A DNA stretch of 64,000 nucleotides from an uncultured Candidatus Saccharibacteria bacterium (GTDB taxonomy: Bacteria > Patescibacteriota > Minisyncoccia > Phycocordibacterales > UBA2100). The notes below the pieces were generated by a model. That model saw nothing but the letters and a program-made list of their open reading frames with translations. It did not search any database and was not told the origin of the DNA. Each line of letters starts with the position of its first letter. Position 1 is the first letter of the stretch. The DNA lies in the NCBI GenBank assembly GCA_964648335.1, contig CAZYLZ010000002.1:13637-77636 (forward strand). The letters run 5' to 3'. The position numbers and the translations under genes were made by a program. Shown piece after piece: positions 28,429 to 37,150 of the stretch.

Positions 28429-28551
28429 ACTGTATGTGGAATGGCGAATCGTCGACAATGAATCCATGCTTTTCTACTACAAGTAGTTTGTCCGATTTGT
28501 GCACATTATCTGTTATTGCAAAACAGACGTCTGCCGTATCATGTGTAGTAC

Positions 28552-29769
28552 ATGCGGCCCCTCAATCTATCGATTGCAATCGCGATTTCTACGCTCCTTT
28601 CTGCCTCAGTAGCTTTTGCCTGGACCGGCCCAACACAGACCGCACCAGCAGGTAACGTCTCGGCACCCATAAACGTCGGCTCCACCGACCAGGTAAAGAG
28701 CGCATCGTTAGGCGTCAACGGCCTCGCGGTTTTTGGTAACTCGCTATTACAAGCAGCGAGCTATCTTAACTGGGGTGCAACAGCAGGATCTGGAGGATAC
28801 GGCATCCGCGACAACGGGGGCACCCTCGAGTTCAAGAACTCGGCAGGGTCGTGGTCCCCGTTTGGTACCGGTGCACTTACTGGCTCGGGTACGGCAAACT
28901 ACGTCACTAAGTTCGCGGGCGCCTCAACTCTCGGTAGTTCAATCATCTACGACAGTGGTTCGAACGTCGGTATCGGTGCTGGCACGAGTCCTGTGGGTAA
29001 ACTTGAAGTGCGTCACAGTATTGGTACGCAAACAGAAATGCTACGGCTACGATCAAATTTGGCAACGTGGCAATCGTACGGCCTGCTTACTTTTGTTGAT
29101 GATGCAACGGGTCTTGTCGAGTCGCAGATAAAGACGGAGCTGGTATGGGGTTCACCCGAGGTAAAGAGAACATTGACCTTGGGTACAAAAGAGAATCTCG
29201 ATACGTTGAATATTTATAATGGCGGTGTTGCTATAGGGACACGACTACCGACTGCAAAACTTACCGTGGGAACGGCAGGGAGTGCAGGTAGCTCGTACTA
29301 CGATATTGGTGCGGGGAAGATAGCTGCAGGGACTTCTATTTATTCGTACGGTAGCATCTGCGCGGGAAACAATGCAGGCGACTGTTCTGGAGCTGGAGGG
29401 GTCCTACTTACTGCAGCGGGCGCAGTCACTGCAGTTGGAAATGTTACCGCGGCCGCGTTTCTTTATAGCTCTGATCGCAGGCTCAAAGAGCGCATAGCCC
29501 CAATAGCAGACTCTCTATCGAAGACTTTACATCTTTCAGGAGTATCGTACGTTTGGAAAACGGGGCCACGAGCCGGACAGCGCGATATCGGTGTCATCGC
29601 ACAAGACGTAGAAAAAGAGCTGCCAGAAGCGGTCCATACCGACGAAATGGGGATGAAGTCCGTCGACTATCCAAAGCTCACCCCACTTCTCATTAACGCC
29701 ATCAAAGAACAGCAGGCCCAGATAGAACGGCTCGAGGCTCGCATAGAAGCTCTCGAGGCGAAAAAGTGA
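28552..29769 (+). CDS. Secreted fibre-like protein with C-terminal intramolecular-chaperone/autoproteolytic domain (Peptidase_S74, tail-spike chaperone type)
   Basis: Signal peptide; Gly/Ser/Thr/Ala-rich beta-rich body; C-terminus SDRRLKERIAPI...SGVSYVWKTG...GVIAQDVEKELPEAV...VDYPKLTPLLINAIKEQQAQIERLEARIEALEAKK matches the S74 chaperone-of-endosialidase signature. Confidence 0.65.
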   Translation: MRPLNLSIAIAISTLLSASVAFAWTGPTQTAPAGNVSAPINVGSTDQVKSASLGVNGLAVFGNSLLQAASYLNWGATAGSGGYGIRDNGGTLEFKNSAGSWSPFGTGALTGSGTANYVTKFAGASTLGSSIIYDSGSNVGIGAGTSPVGKLEVRHSIGTQTEMLRLRSNLATWQSYGLLTFVDDATGLVESQIKTELVWGSPEVKRTLTLGTKENLDTLNIYNGGVAIGTRLPTAKLTVGTAGSAGSSYYDIGAGKIAAGTSIYSYGSICAGNNAGDCSGAGGVLLTAAGAVTAVGNVTAAAFLYSSDRRLKERIAPIADSLSKTLHLSGVSYVWKTGPRAGQRDIGVIAQDVEKELPEAVHTDEMGMKSVDYPKLTPLLINAIKEQQAQIERLEARIEALEAKK

Positions 29770-29779
29770 CCGTACTTGT

Positions 29780-30193
29780 ATGAACGAACGATCGCATAGC
29801 GAGAGGACGAAGCTCGGCCGCTCGGTCGTGGCACTCGCGTTCGTCGTGGGATGCACGATCGCGCTTGCCGCTCTCGCACCGTCTGTTCGTGCCCCGCTTG
29901 CCTCTGCCGAGACGGATTTTTTTGATGCATCTGCGCGCGGGCTCGGGATATTGCCGGCATCGTGCGCGTCGTCGCCGATGTATTATCACTACCACTCATA
30001 TGTAGCACCCGGTAATACACGCGCGTTCGTCTCGAATACCGGCGAGACGGAATATGGCGCGACACTAGGCGCCGCCGGAACCTATGTTTGTATTACCAAT
30101 GCTACCGGCCTCAATTACTTCGTCCCGGCAAATACTGCAGCTGAGATAAATGCATTCAAGGCAAAAGTGATTCCTGGAATGTCAAAGTGGTAA
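29780..30193 (+). CDS. Secreted hypothetical protein (137 aa)
   Basis: Signal peptide VVALAFVVGCTIALAALAPSVRA; 4-nt overlap with the next gene. Confidence 0.45.
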   Translation: MNERSHSERTKLGRSVVALAFVVGCTIALAALAPSVRAPLASAETDFFDASARGLGILPASCASSPMYYHYHSYVAPGNTRAFVSNTGETEYGATLGAAGTYVCITNATGLNYFVPANTAAEINAFKAKVIPGMSKW

Positions 30194-31011
30194 TGCGAAT
30201 GTTCCGACGCTTCGGTGGAATCTTGCCAGTAGGAACCAATACAAGGGTACTTGTCGCGTTAGTGGGGGGAATGGTGGCTATGGCCCTCATCCTCAGACCC
30301 GTAATGCTCGTAAACGGGCACGAAGCGGTTATGCTCCGATACAACCCAACTGCCGACCGTGCATTTGCCTATGCTGAGCGCCATTTTGATGCCGCTGAAT
30401 CAGAATCGTACGATCTTGTGCGCGCCAAACACTATTTCACGCTCGCGCTTGCACTCGATCCCGCCTTTCCCAGCGTCCGCCACGAGCTCTCGAGGATTGC
30501 GTTTTTGGAAGGTGATTTCGGACGGGCACTGGCATTTATAGACAAAGAAATCATCTTAAATCCGGAACCATCGCCGGCATCGTATTACATACGCGCCCTA
30601 GTAAAGGGATATATGCAAGACTATGAAGGAGCGGCAAAAGATTACGAGACGTACTTTGCTGTCACGCCAGCAAACTGGGCCGCTATCAATGACTACTCGT
30701 GGGTCCTTATGAAGCAAGGACTCTCACAACAGGCGCTCGAAGCCCTCAATTGGGGTCTTGGGCAGTGGCCCGAGAATGCCTGGCTGCTTTCGAACAAGGC
30801 GACCGCACTCTACGATCTTGGGCGAGACGACGACGCTATCGAAACGGCCCGCAACGCACAGAAGGCCGTCAAACTCGTTACCAAGTACGATTGGCTCGTT
30901 GCTTATCCAGGAAATGATCCATTGATTGCAGAAGAAGGTCTCGCGGCGTTTCGCCAAGCGATAGATGAGAACTTAGAACAGATGGAGAAGAAACATCCTG
31001 CACAATACTGA
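30187..31011 (+). CDS. Membrane-anchored TPR-repeat protein
   Basis: N-terminal TM helix; helical repeats of TPR flavour (HYFTLALALDPAF..., YYIRALVKGYMQDYEGAAKDYETYFAV...). Confidence 0.5.
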   Translation: MVMRMFRRFGGILPVGTNTRVLVALVGGMVAMALILRPVMLVNGHEAVMLRYNPTADRAFAYAERHFDAAESESYDLVRAKHYFTLALALDPAFPSVRHELSRIAFLEGDFGRALAFIDKEIILNPEPSPASYYIRALVKGYMQDYEGAAKDYETYFAVTPANWAAINDYSWVLMKQGLSQQALEALNWGLGQWPENAWLLSNKATALYDLGRDDDAIETARNAQKAVKLVTKYDWLVAYPGNDPLIAEEGLAAFRQAIDENLEQMEKKHPAQY

Positions 31012-31092
31012 TTTGTCAGGTGCGTATGCGCCCTGTGCAAGTGATACTCAGACGGGTATACTGGGCCCGGTTCGTCAAAAAAGGAGAGGAAC

Positions 31093-31281
31093 ATGAATAG
31101 CGTTCGTACGATGATTGTTGCACTGTTCTTGGCCGGCGCAGGTGCGCTGGCCCTGACATCGTTCGGAGACTCGTGCCAAGCAGGCAGCTGCTCAACCGGA
31201 CAGCGCTCAACTTGTCTTGCGTGCTGTGGCGACAAGCCGAATTGCCGTCAGGCATGTTTCGGATATCCTGCCGGAACCTGA
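31093..31281 (+). CDS. Small secreted Cys-rich peptide (62 aa precursor, about 39-aa mature part with 7 Cys)
   Basis: SD AAAGGAGAGG; signal peptide MNSVRTMIVALFLAGAGALALTS; mature FGDSCQAGSCSTGQRSTCLACCGDKPNCRQACFGYPAGT; hairpin terminator directly downstream. Confidence 0.5.
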   Translation: MNSVRTMIVALFLAGAGALALTSFGDSCQAGSCSTGQRSTCLACCGDKPNCRQACFGYPAGT

Positions 31282-31290
31282 GTAACCACA

Positions 31291-31320
31291 AAAGACCCGA
31301 GCAGTGCTCGGGTCTTTTTC
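31291..31320. terminator. Bidirectional terminator hairpin (aaagacccgagca/tgctcgggtcttttt)
   Basis: GC-rich stem with A-run and T-run flanks between convergent genes. Confidence 0.55.
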
Positions 31321-31324
31321 ATGT

Positions 31325-31849
31325 TCAAACAGGACAAACCGGCGGCTTATCTATAGCGCGCGCGAGGTTAAATGCCGATAGTGCAAGGAGCCCCAGACCC
31401 AGATAGCCAATCTCGGCGCCGCGGTAGGGTAAGAGCGTCACGATGCCGATACCACCGGCGTTGGCCGCAAGCGACCAGGCAAGTATCGATCCACATGCGG
31501 CACAGCCAAGCCCGAGCATCCCTGCAAGTGCTGCCCCGAGCGACCCTGCGTATTGCATCTTCGAAGGGAGTGCACGGTTCATTCGTATAAAAAAGAGCGT
31601 GAGCGTGCTCGAAAGGCTAAGCAAAAGCGCGAACAAAAGGGGATACCAAGCCGTCTGAAGGTCGATATCGACGAGAGAAGATACGAAATAGGGACCGAGT
31701 ATCGCAGCTGCCGCGGCAAGCGACCCTGACTCGGTGGCTACGGCGTAGACAAGACGCGCATTCGGTACCCATATCGAGAGTGCATAGAACACGACCGAGA
31801 GTGTGATCAATATAAGCCAGGTCGATCGGCGAGAGAATGCGCGTCGCAT
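31325..31849 (-). CDS. Integral membrane protein with intramembrane CAAC (CxxC) motif (174 aa)
   Basis: Four or five TM helices; GLGCAACGSILAW sits inside a helix. Family not recognised; only three Cys in total, so a VKOR assignment is not supported. Confidence 0.5.
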   Translation of the reverse strand: MRRAFSRRSTWLILITLSVVFYALSIWVPNARLVYAVATESGSLAAAAAILGPYFVSSLVDIDLQTAWYPLLFALLLSLSSTLTLFFIRMNRALPSKMQYAGSLGAALAGMLGLGCAACGSILAWSLAANAGGIGIVTLLPYRGAEIGYLGLGLLALSAFNLARAIDKPPVCPV

Positions 31850-31862
31850 GCAAAAAAGTATA

Positions 31863-33599
31863 TCAGCCCGTACGGGGCTGCGGATCCGACTTCGCTATGC
31901 AATAAAGCTCGTTGGCGAAAGTGGATACGAAGAAGTTCTTGGTCGCAGGATTGTAAGCTGGACGGTTGGTTATGCGTTCGGTTGCCCTAAATACCGAACG
32001 CACGCTCCCGGTTGCAGGATCGAGCTCGGTTAGTCTCCCGGAATTAGCGCCGATATAGAGGCTGCCTTCAATGAGTACCGGAGAGGCGAATATGCGGGCT
32101 GCCGCATCCCATTTCCACAGCACTTTTGCCGAACGAGGATCGAGGCAGTAGAGATTCTTGTCCAGGCACGACACGAACACTTTTCCGTCATGTACAAGCG
32201 GCGTCGAAAAGAAGCCTGCTTCCGCCCCGAAACCAGCACGGAGGCTACCGCTTTTACGATCGATGAACAGTACCGTGCCGTGGGTGTTGGCTGCGACTAG
32301 TGTGTCGGACGACGGATCGTATGCGAGCGATCCTTTTATGTCGAACGAGCTGAACCCGGAATCGAGTTCGGCTTCCGTAGGCCTCCCAGTCTGATGTTTC
32401 CATTTGAGATGGCCAGTCTGTGCGTCGAAAAGATATACAGCCCCGTCGTTGCTTCCTATCGCGACCTCGTTATGAGCCGCAAGATAGAGCGGTGTTGCGT
32501 GTGTGTAGCAGGGCATATCGGTGTAGCTCCAACGTTTGGCGCCTGTTGCGGCATCGAGCGCGACGATACCACCGCGCTTTCTCCAGAGTCCGAACTCGAG
32601 TCCAATGAAGATGACCGTCCCATCTTCATTTGCAATCGGCGACGAGCCGACCCAATCAGCTTCGAGATACACCCATTTCTTTTTTCCGGTTTTGACGTCG
32701 AGCGCGTAGACATTGCCGTCGTATGACCCGAAGCAGACGGTATCGCCGATCACGAGCGGGGAAGAGAATATACCCTTGCCCGAAGCGCTCGATCCGGACC
32801 TGAATGACCAAGCTACCGATCCGTCCGCTTGGTTGAGGGCCCAAAGGATTCCGGTGTCGGATCCGATATAGACACGCTCTGTATCGATAGCAGGATCCGA
32901 TTTAGGTACGACATGCTGGTAGCTCGGGTTGTTGCTCGCGAACTTCCACAATACCTCGTACGAAGGACCAGGTAGGTGAGCGTGCTCGTGTTTCGGTGGG
33001 CTCACCCTGAGTTCTTTCGCAAAATCATCAAGCACGAAGGCTGATCGTACCGCGATGCCTTTGCTCGTGAGACCTGCATAAGCCCCTGTGTCGCGAAACC
33101 TGAGTATCGTCCATACTCCCGACACGGTATGCCCGAGCCTCTCGAGGATCTCGACCTGGCGAAGAATCGATTCTCCGGTGTTCATGAGGTCGTCTACCAG
33201 GATGATTGGACGATTGGGCACGAGCGTGCCTTCGATCATCTGCATAAGCCCGTCGCGCTTGCGGGATTTTCTAACGAAAAAACCGCTCATATCAGCGCGT
33301 CCCGAATCGAATCCTCTGGCGACGATTGCGGCAACGACGGGTATAGCTCCGCTTTCAAGGCCTCCAATCTGGACCGGACCCATATCGGTATGTGTCTCCC
33401 AGAATAGGGTAGCGATATCGCTCATCGACTCGCCGTCGAGAGAGAACTTGCGGAGATCGAACAGCCACCCGTCGTCGCGCACTGTGCCGTTCTTTCGCGA
33501 TATCTTTGCTGTATCCGAGGTAACAAACGCACGGCTTATAATTGCAGATTTGAGGCGTTCGGCTGCGGCTTTGGCATCGGTAGATGTCATAGAGCGCAT
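31863..33599 (-). CDS. Fusion protein: N-terminal type-I phosphoribosyltransferase (OPRT-like) domain plus C-terminal PQQ-like beta-propeller repeats
   Basis: PRPP-binding motif RPIILVDDLMNTGESI, followed by repeated GxxYALDxxTGxxxW and VYxxxxDGxxxxxD blades (e.g. GNVYALDVKTGKKKWVY, GAVYLFDAQTGHLKWKH). Confidence 0.65.
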   Translation of the reverse strand: MRSMTSTDAKAAAERLKSAIISRAFVTSDTAKISRKNGTVRDDGWLFDLRKFSLDGESMSDIATLFWETHTDMGPVQIGGLESGAIPVVAAIVARGFDSGRADMSGFFVRKSRKRDGLMQMIEGTLVPNRPIILVDDLMNTGESILRQVEILERLGHTVSGVWTILRFRDTGAYAGLTSKGIAVRSAFVLDDFAKELRVSPPKHEHAHLPGPSYEVLWKFASNNPSYQHVVPKSDPAIDTERVYIGSDTGILWALNQADGSVAWSFRSGSSASGKGIFSSPLVIGDTVCFGSYDGNVYALDVKTGKKKWVYLEADWVGSSPIANEDGTVIFIGLEFGLWRKRGGIVALDAATGAKRWSYTDMPCYTHATPLYLAAHNEVAIGSNDGAVYLFDAQTGHLKWKHQTGRPTEAELDSGFSSFDIKGSLAYDPSSDTLVAANTHGTVLFIDRKSGSLRAGFGAEAGFFSTPLVHDGKVFVSCLDKNLYCLDPRSAKVLWKWDAAARIFASPVLIEGSLYIGANSGRLTELDPATGSVRSVFRATERITNRPAYNPATKNFFVSTFANELYCIAKSDPQPRTG

Positions 33600-33622
33600 G
33601 ATACACTAGCGGAATATCGCGT

Positions 33623-34918
33623 ATGACCGCACTGAGCAAACGTATCTTCGATTCCGATATCGAGCAGAAACTCATCCGCTGGTACCGTCGCATCTTCTCG
33701 GTACACGAGCTTGAAGAAAGTACCGTCTTACAGTTCGTTTTCGGAGCGACACTCCTATCGCACCTGATCACGTTTTCACAGTGGAGTTCCTCTACTATGA
33801 CCACCGTCGACGCGTACCAGAATGGCATGCATCTCTGCTGGCCCTATTTCCAGGGCTGCGGGAGGCTTTTGTGGCTCCATACGCTGCCCGAAGGGTATTC
33901 GCAGCCCACCTTGTACATGATCTTCTTCGGGCTCTTTCTCTTCATTGCCTACTGCATGTACCGGAAGGATTGGCTCATGGCGCATATCGTTCTCGTTCCT
34001 GCATTTTTATGGCACACATATGTGATATTCGTCCTTACGCAGGCGATGACCGGCAATTACGAGTACTACCTCTTTGTCTTCACCGGGATCTTGCTGTTCT
34101 TGCCGCATAAGGAGTATTTTCTCAAGCTCTCGGTCGTCTCGTTCTATGTTATGTCGACCATGGCCAAGATCCACGAAGCGTGGATTCTCGGCACCTATTT
34201 TTCGGCGCTCAAGACAGGACTTCCGCTGTTCCCAGACTGGTCGATACCGCTTCTTACCAATACGGTCATCTTCATGGAGATGGTCGGATCGTGGTTTCTT
34301 ATGTCGAGGCGATGGCAGCTTCAGCGCTCCGTACTGGCGTTCTTCGTGTTCTTCCATCTCTATTCGGGCATCATCGTCGGTTTTCGATACCCTACTATCG
34401 TGCTTCCTACGATGTTTATCCTCTTCGGACCGCTCTACCGTCATACGGCTCCTCCCTCTACGCGGCGTTCGATAGCGGGTTGGTTGTGCATCGCGCTCCT
34501 TTTCACCATACAGTGCGTACCGAAGCTCATCCCGGGAGACGAGAAGCTCACACTTGAGGGAAATATGTACGGCCTCTACATGTTTGAATCCAATCACCAG
34601 TGTGTGTCCCAGGCGACCGTCCACCGCGCCGACGGCACGACAGAGAACCTTCGTGACGAGAGTACGTCGGCCCGCGATCGTTGCGACCCGTACAGCTACT
34701 GGTTCCGGATACATACGCTCTGCAGTAGGGACGAGAGCATCGACCATGTTGCTTGGACGTTCGACCATTCGATAAACGGCGGACCCTTCCTTCGTATCGT
34801 CGATGTGCAAGACGCCTGCATCCTCAAGTACCATCCGTTCAGACACAACGAATGGATTATGACCGAGAAAGATGCTCCCGAGATGAGGGGGCATCCGGTC
34901 GAGAATATCTATATATGA
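33623..34918 (+). CDS. HTTM-domain (vitamin-K-dependent gamma-carboxylase-like) polytopic membrane protein
   Basis: LQFVFGATLLSHLITF, CWPYFQGC, LPEGYSQPTLYMIFFGLFLFIAYCMYRKDWLMAHIVLVPAFLWHTYVIFVLTQAMTGNYEYYLFVFTGILLFLP follow the HTTM pattern (L.FRI.FG.L...; YR.S...F.L.Y.Y.FLLD.T..NNH.YL). Confidence 0.6.
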   Translation: MTALSKRIFDSDIEQKLIRWYRRIFSVHELEESTVLQFVFGATLLSHLITFSQWSSSTMTTVDAYQNGMHLCWPYFQGCGRLLWLHTLPEGYSQPTLYMIFFGLFLFIAYCMYRKDWLMAHIVLVPAFLWHTYVIFVLTQAMTGNYEYYLFVFTGILLFLPHKEYFLKLSVVSFYVMSTMAKIHEAWILGTYFSALKTGLPLFPDWSIPLLTNTVIFMEMVGSWFLMSRRWQLQRSVLAFFVFFHLYSGIIVGFRYPTIVLPTMFILFGPLYRHTAPPSTRRSIAGWLCIALLFTIQCVPKLIPGDEKLTLEGNMYGLYMFESNHQCVSQATVHRADGTTENLRDESTSARDRCDPYSYWFRIHTLCSRDESIDHVAWTFDHSINGGPFLRIVDVQDACILKYHPFRHNEWIMTEKDAPEMRGHPVENIYI

Positions 34919-35109
34919 ACCAATATACTGACATGATCTACGTTCTCGGAGGACTTGCTGGAAACGAACCGACGCATCTCGGACCGATACAGCTCTACCT
35001 TCTCGAGTATTTTCCAGCCGCCATGGTGTTCTGGTGGACTGTGCTCGCATGCACGCTCGCAACGGTCATAGCGTTGACCGTTCGGGATGTCATTAGGCAG
35101 CTCAGATAA
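34915..35109 (+). CDS. Small membrane protein (64 aa), translationally coupled to the HTTM gene (ATGA overlap)
   Basis: ATG overlaps the upstream stop (atatATGAac); hydrophobic helices VFWWTVLACTLATVIALTV. Confidence 0.4.
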   Translation: MNQYTDMIYVLGGLAGNEPTHLGPIQLYLLEYFPAAMVFWWTVLACTLATVIALTVRDVIRQLR

Positions 35110-35167
35110 GGCAGTGTTGTCCACACGAGCATATAATCGCACCGAGTCATCCCGGTATACTGGGCTC

Positions 35168-35641
35168 ATGCTTCCTAATCAGCGTGGCGTTGCGGCATAT
35201 GTAGTTGTCTCGATCGTAACGCTTATCGTGACAGCGGCCGTTATCTACCTCACACCGCTCAAAAACATCGCAATCATCGAGCCTTCGATACTCGACCAGA
35301 CGCCGCTCGCGTTCAATGCAGAATATACGTCCGATCCGACCCAGTACCTGTTTATCGATGTCCGCCCTTCAGATGCATATAATCGTGCCCATGCACCCGG
35401 CGCTATCAGTATGCCGCTCCATACCCTCTACAACACGCGACACTCGCTCCCTAAGTCGGAAAAGGAGATTGTGCTTATTTGCAACGAAGGCATCGCTTCC
35501 GGCGTTGGGTACCATTATCTGCAGCATTTCGGATTCTTCAATATCCGCCGTATCGGAGGCGGGATGGAGAAATGGATAGCAGATGGCCTTCCGGTTGAAG
35601 GGACGGCAGTGGCACCTACGGGCACTGCATCGACGCCATAG
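35168..35641 (+). CDS. Membrane-anchored single-domain rhodanese (sulfurtransferase) protein
   Basis: TM anchor; YLFIDVRPSDAYNRAHAPGAISMP...EIVLICNEGIASGVG carries the rhodanese active-site Cys loop. Confidence 0.7.
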   Translation: MLPNQRGVAAYVVVSIVTLIVTAAVIYLTPLKNIAIIEPSILDQTPLAFNAEYTSDPTQYLFIDVRPSDAYNRAHAPGAISMPLHTLYNTRHSLPKSEKEIVLICNEGIASGVGYHYLQHFGFFNIRRIGGGMEKWIADGLPVEGTAVAPTGTASTP

Positions 35642-35669
35642 CAACCCGTAGTTCGGGTATACTTACGAC

Positions 35670-35948
35670 ATGGAAGCTTTCCTTAAACGTTCTCTCAAAC
35701 TAATCTCGTACAGCGCGCTTGCGCTTGCTGGTGTCGTTGCGTCGGGTGTGTGGCACGACGCGGGACAGAAATCGGGTCATACGGTGACCCGCAAAGAAGA
35801 GATTAAGAACTCCTTGTTTGCCGGTATCGCTCATGCTGATGCGCCATGCAGCGGTTACGGATGTGCCTCCTTGTTCGGAACTTCGGGAGGAGGAGGAGAT
35901 GGGGGAGGTGATTGCGGTGATGGGGGAGGTGGGGACGACTGCAATTAA
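35670..35948 (+). CDS. Small secreted protein with Gly/Asp/Cys-rich C-terminal tail (92 aa)
   Basis: Signal peptide LISYSALALAGVVASGV; tail APCSGYGCASLFGTSGGGGDGGGDCGDGGGGDDCN. Confidence 0.45.
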   Translation: MEAFLKRSLKLISYSALALAGVVASGVWHDAGQKSGHTVTRKEEIKNSLFAGIAHADAPCSGYGCASLFGTSGGGGDGGGDCGDGGGGDDCN

Positions 35949-35985
35949 TCGGTATCTGTCCAATCCTTATTTTTCATAGAGCTGC

Positions 35986-37137
35986 ATGGATACACAAAAC
36001 CCCAATTTGATGGCAAAAAAGATGGTGTTGATTATCGTCCCCGGCATAGTACTCGGGGTATTGTTGTATGCAGGATACCTCTGGAACCAAAGAGCAACTG
36101 TGCCAGAGGTCTCTGACTTGCCGCCGATTGAAGCAAATGCTCATAATGGGCTTTCGTACCAAAATTTACTCGAGAACAGTATCTCGTTCGCTCGCGCGGT
36201 TCAGTACGCGAAGGACCGAAATTTCGCTCTCGCACGCGAGTATTACGAGAAGGCGAAACTCGAGACGACCGATCCGACCGCACAGGGCATCATCATGTTC
36301 CAAATGGCGATACTCACGGGCGACGAAGGGAAGTACCTTGAGTCGATCGATGCCCTCAAAGAGATAATCGCTAAGGCCGACGTAACCTCGCCGGTCACGC
36401 GGGCATACGCCTTTCTCGAGATGGGTCTTTTGTTCTATAAATATGCCGACAATGCCATTACTGATCGTATCTTCGCGGGCGATGTCTATTACAAGAAGCT
36501 CCGCGACGACGATGTGAAGGTCACCTACCGGCATCTCTTCGAGGAGTCTGCGCGCCTGTATCCGTTGTCGCTCTCGGAGCTGCGCATCGCTGATTGGTAC
36601 GTGAACGAAATAACGCTGGCCGAGAAGGGAGAGAAGGTGCTCGATCCGGTTAAGCGGCCTGAGTACGAGAAAATAATCGGAGACTCGCTCATCGCTGCCG
36701 ACGCAGATCTTGTGCGTATCCAGAATCTTCCGAGCGAATACGCTCGCTACGGATTGCCGGCACTCTTGCGTAAGGCAATCATCGTCGGGAAGCTGAATGC
36801 CATCGGTAATGGCAGTTTGGGGCCGGTGGAAGCAGTCTTCGATAAGGCGCTCAATGCCTATGCTACGCGCCCTGGTGCCGACGGCTACGTCCGCTACCAC
36901 TATGCCGACGCGCTCTCGAACCAGCCCGGGGAGATTCCTGTGGCTAAGATACGCACACTCTTGAGTCCGCTTTACGATCAGAAGGAGGTCTACAAGACGT
37001 CGTCGGTACTATCGTTTCTCAAGAACGAACGTGCAAACGTGCTTAACGTCAAGAAGGATATAGTGAAGCTCGCAAAAATCGATCCCAAGTTCAAGGAGCT
37101 CCTCATGTCCTATGGCTGGAAGTCGAGTGACTTCTAG
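35986..37137 (+). CDS. Membrane-anchored alpha-helical (TPR-like) hypothetical protein (383 aa)
   Basis: N-terminal TM helix MVLIIVPGIVLGVLLYAGYLW; helical repeat body. Confidence 0.5.
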   Translation: MDTQNPNLMAKKMVLIIVPGIVLGVLLYAGYLWNQRATVPEVSDLPPIEANAHNGLSYQNLLENSISFARAVQYAKDRNFALAREYYEKAKLETTDPTAQGIIMFQMAILTGDEGKYLESIDALKEIIAKADVTSPVTRAYAFLEMGLLFYKYADNAITDRIFAGDVYYKKLRDDDVKVTYRHLFEESARLYPLSLSELRIADWYVNEITLAEKGEKVLDPVKRPEYEKIIGDSLIAADADLVRIQNLPSEYARYGLPALLRKAIIVGKLNAIGNGSLGPVEAVFDKALNAYATRPGADGYVRYHYADALSNQPGEIPVAKIRTLLSPLYDQKEVYKTSSVLSFLKNERANVLNVKKDIVKLAKIDPKFKELLMSYGWKSSDF

Positions 37138-37150
37138 ACCTGATCCTCCT

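Noticed and set aside
31325-31849. Possible VKOR (vitamin K epoxide reductase) partner for the HTTM protein
   Set aside because: Size and intramembrane CxxC fit, but the luminal-loop Cys pair required in VKOR is absent (only three Cys in total). Left as a generic CxxC membrane protein.
35880-35945. G-rich tandem-like DNA repeat (ggaggaggaggagatgggggaggtgattgcggtgatgggggaggtgggg), considered as a possible CRISPR or repeat array
   Set aside because: It is in-frame coding for the Gly/Asp-rich tail of the secreted protein at 35670-35948. There are no spacer-repeat periodicity and no cas genes.
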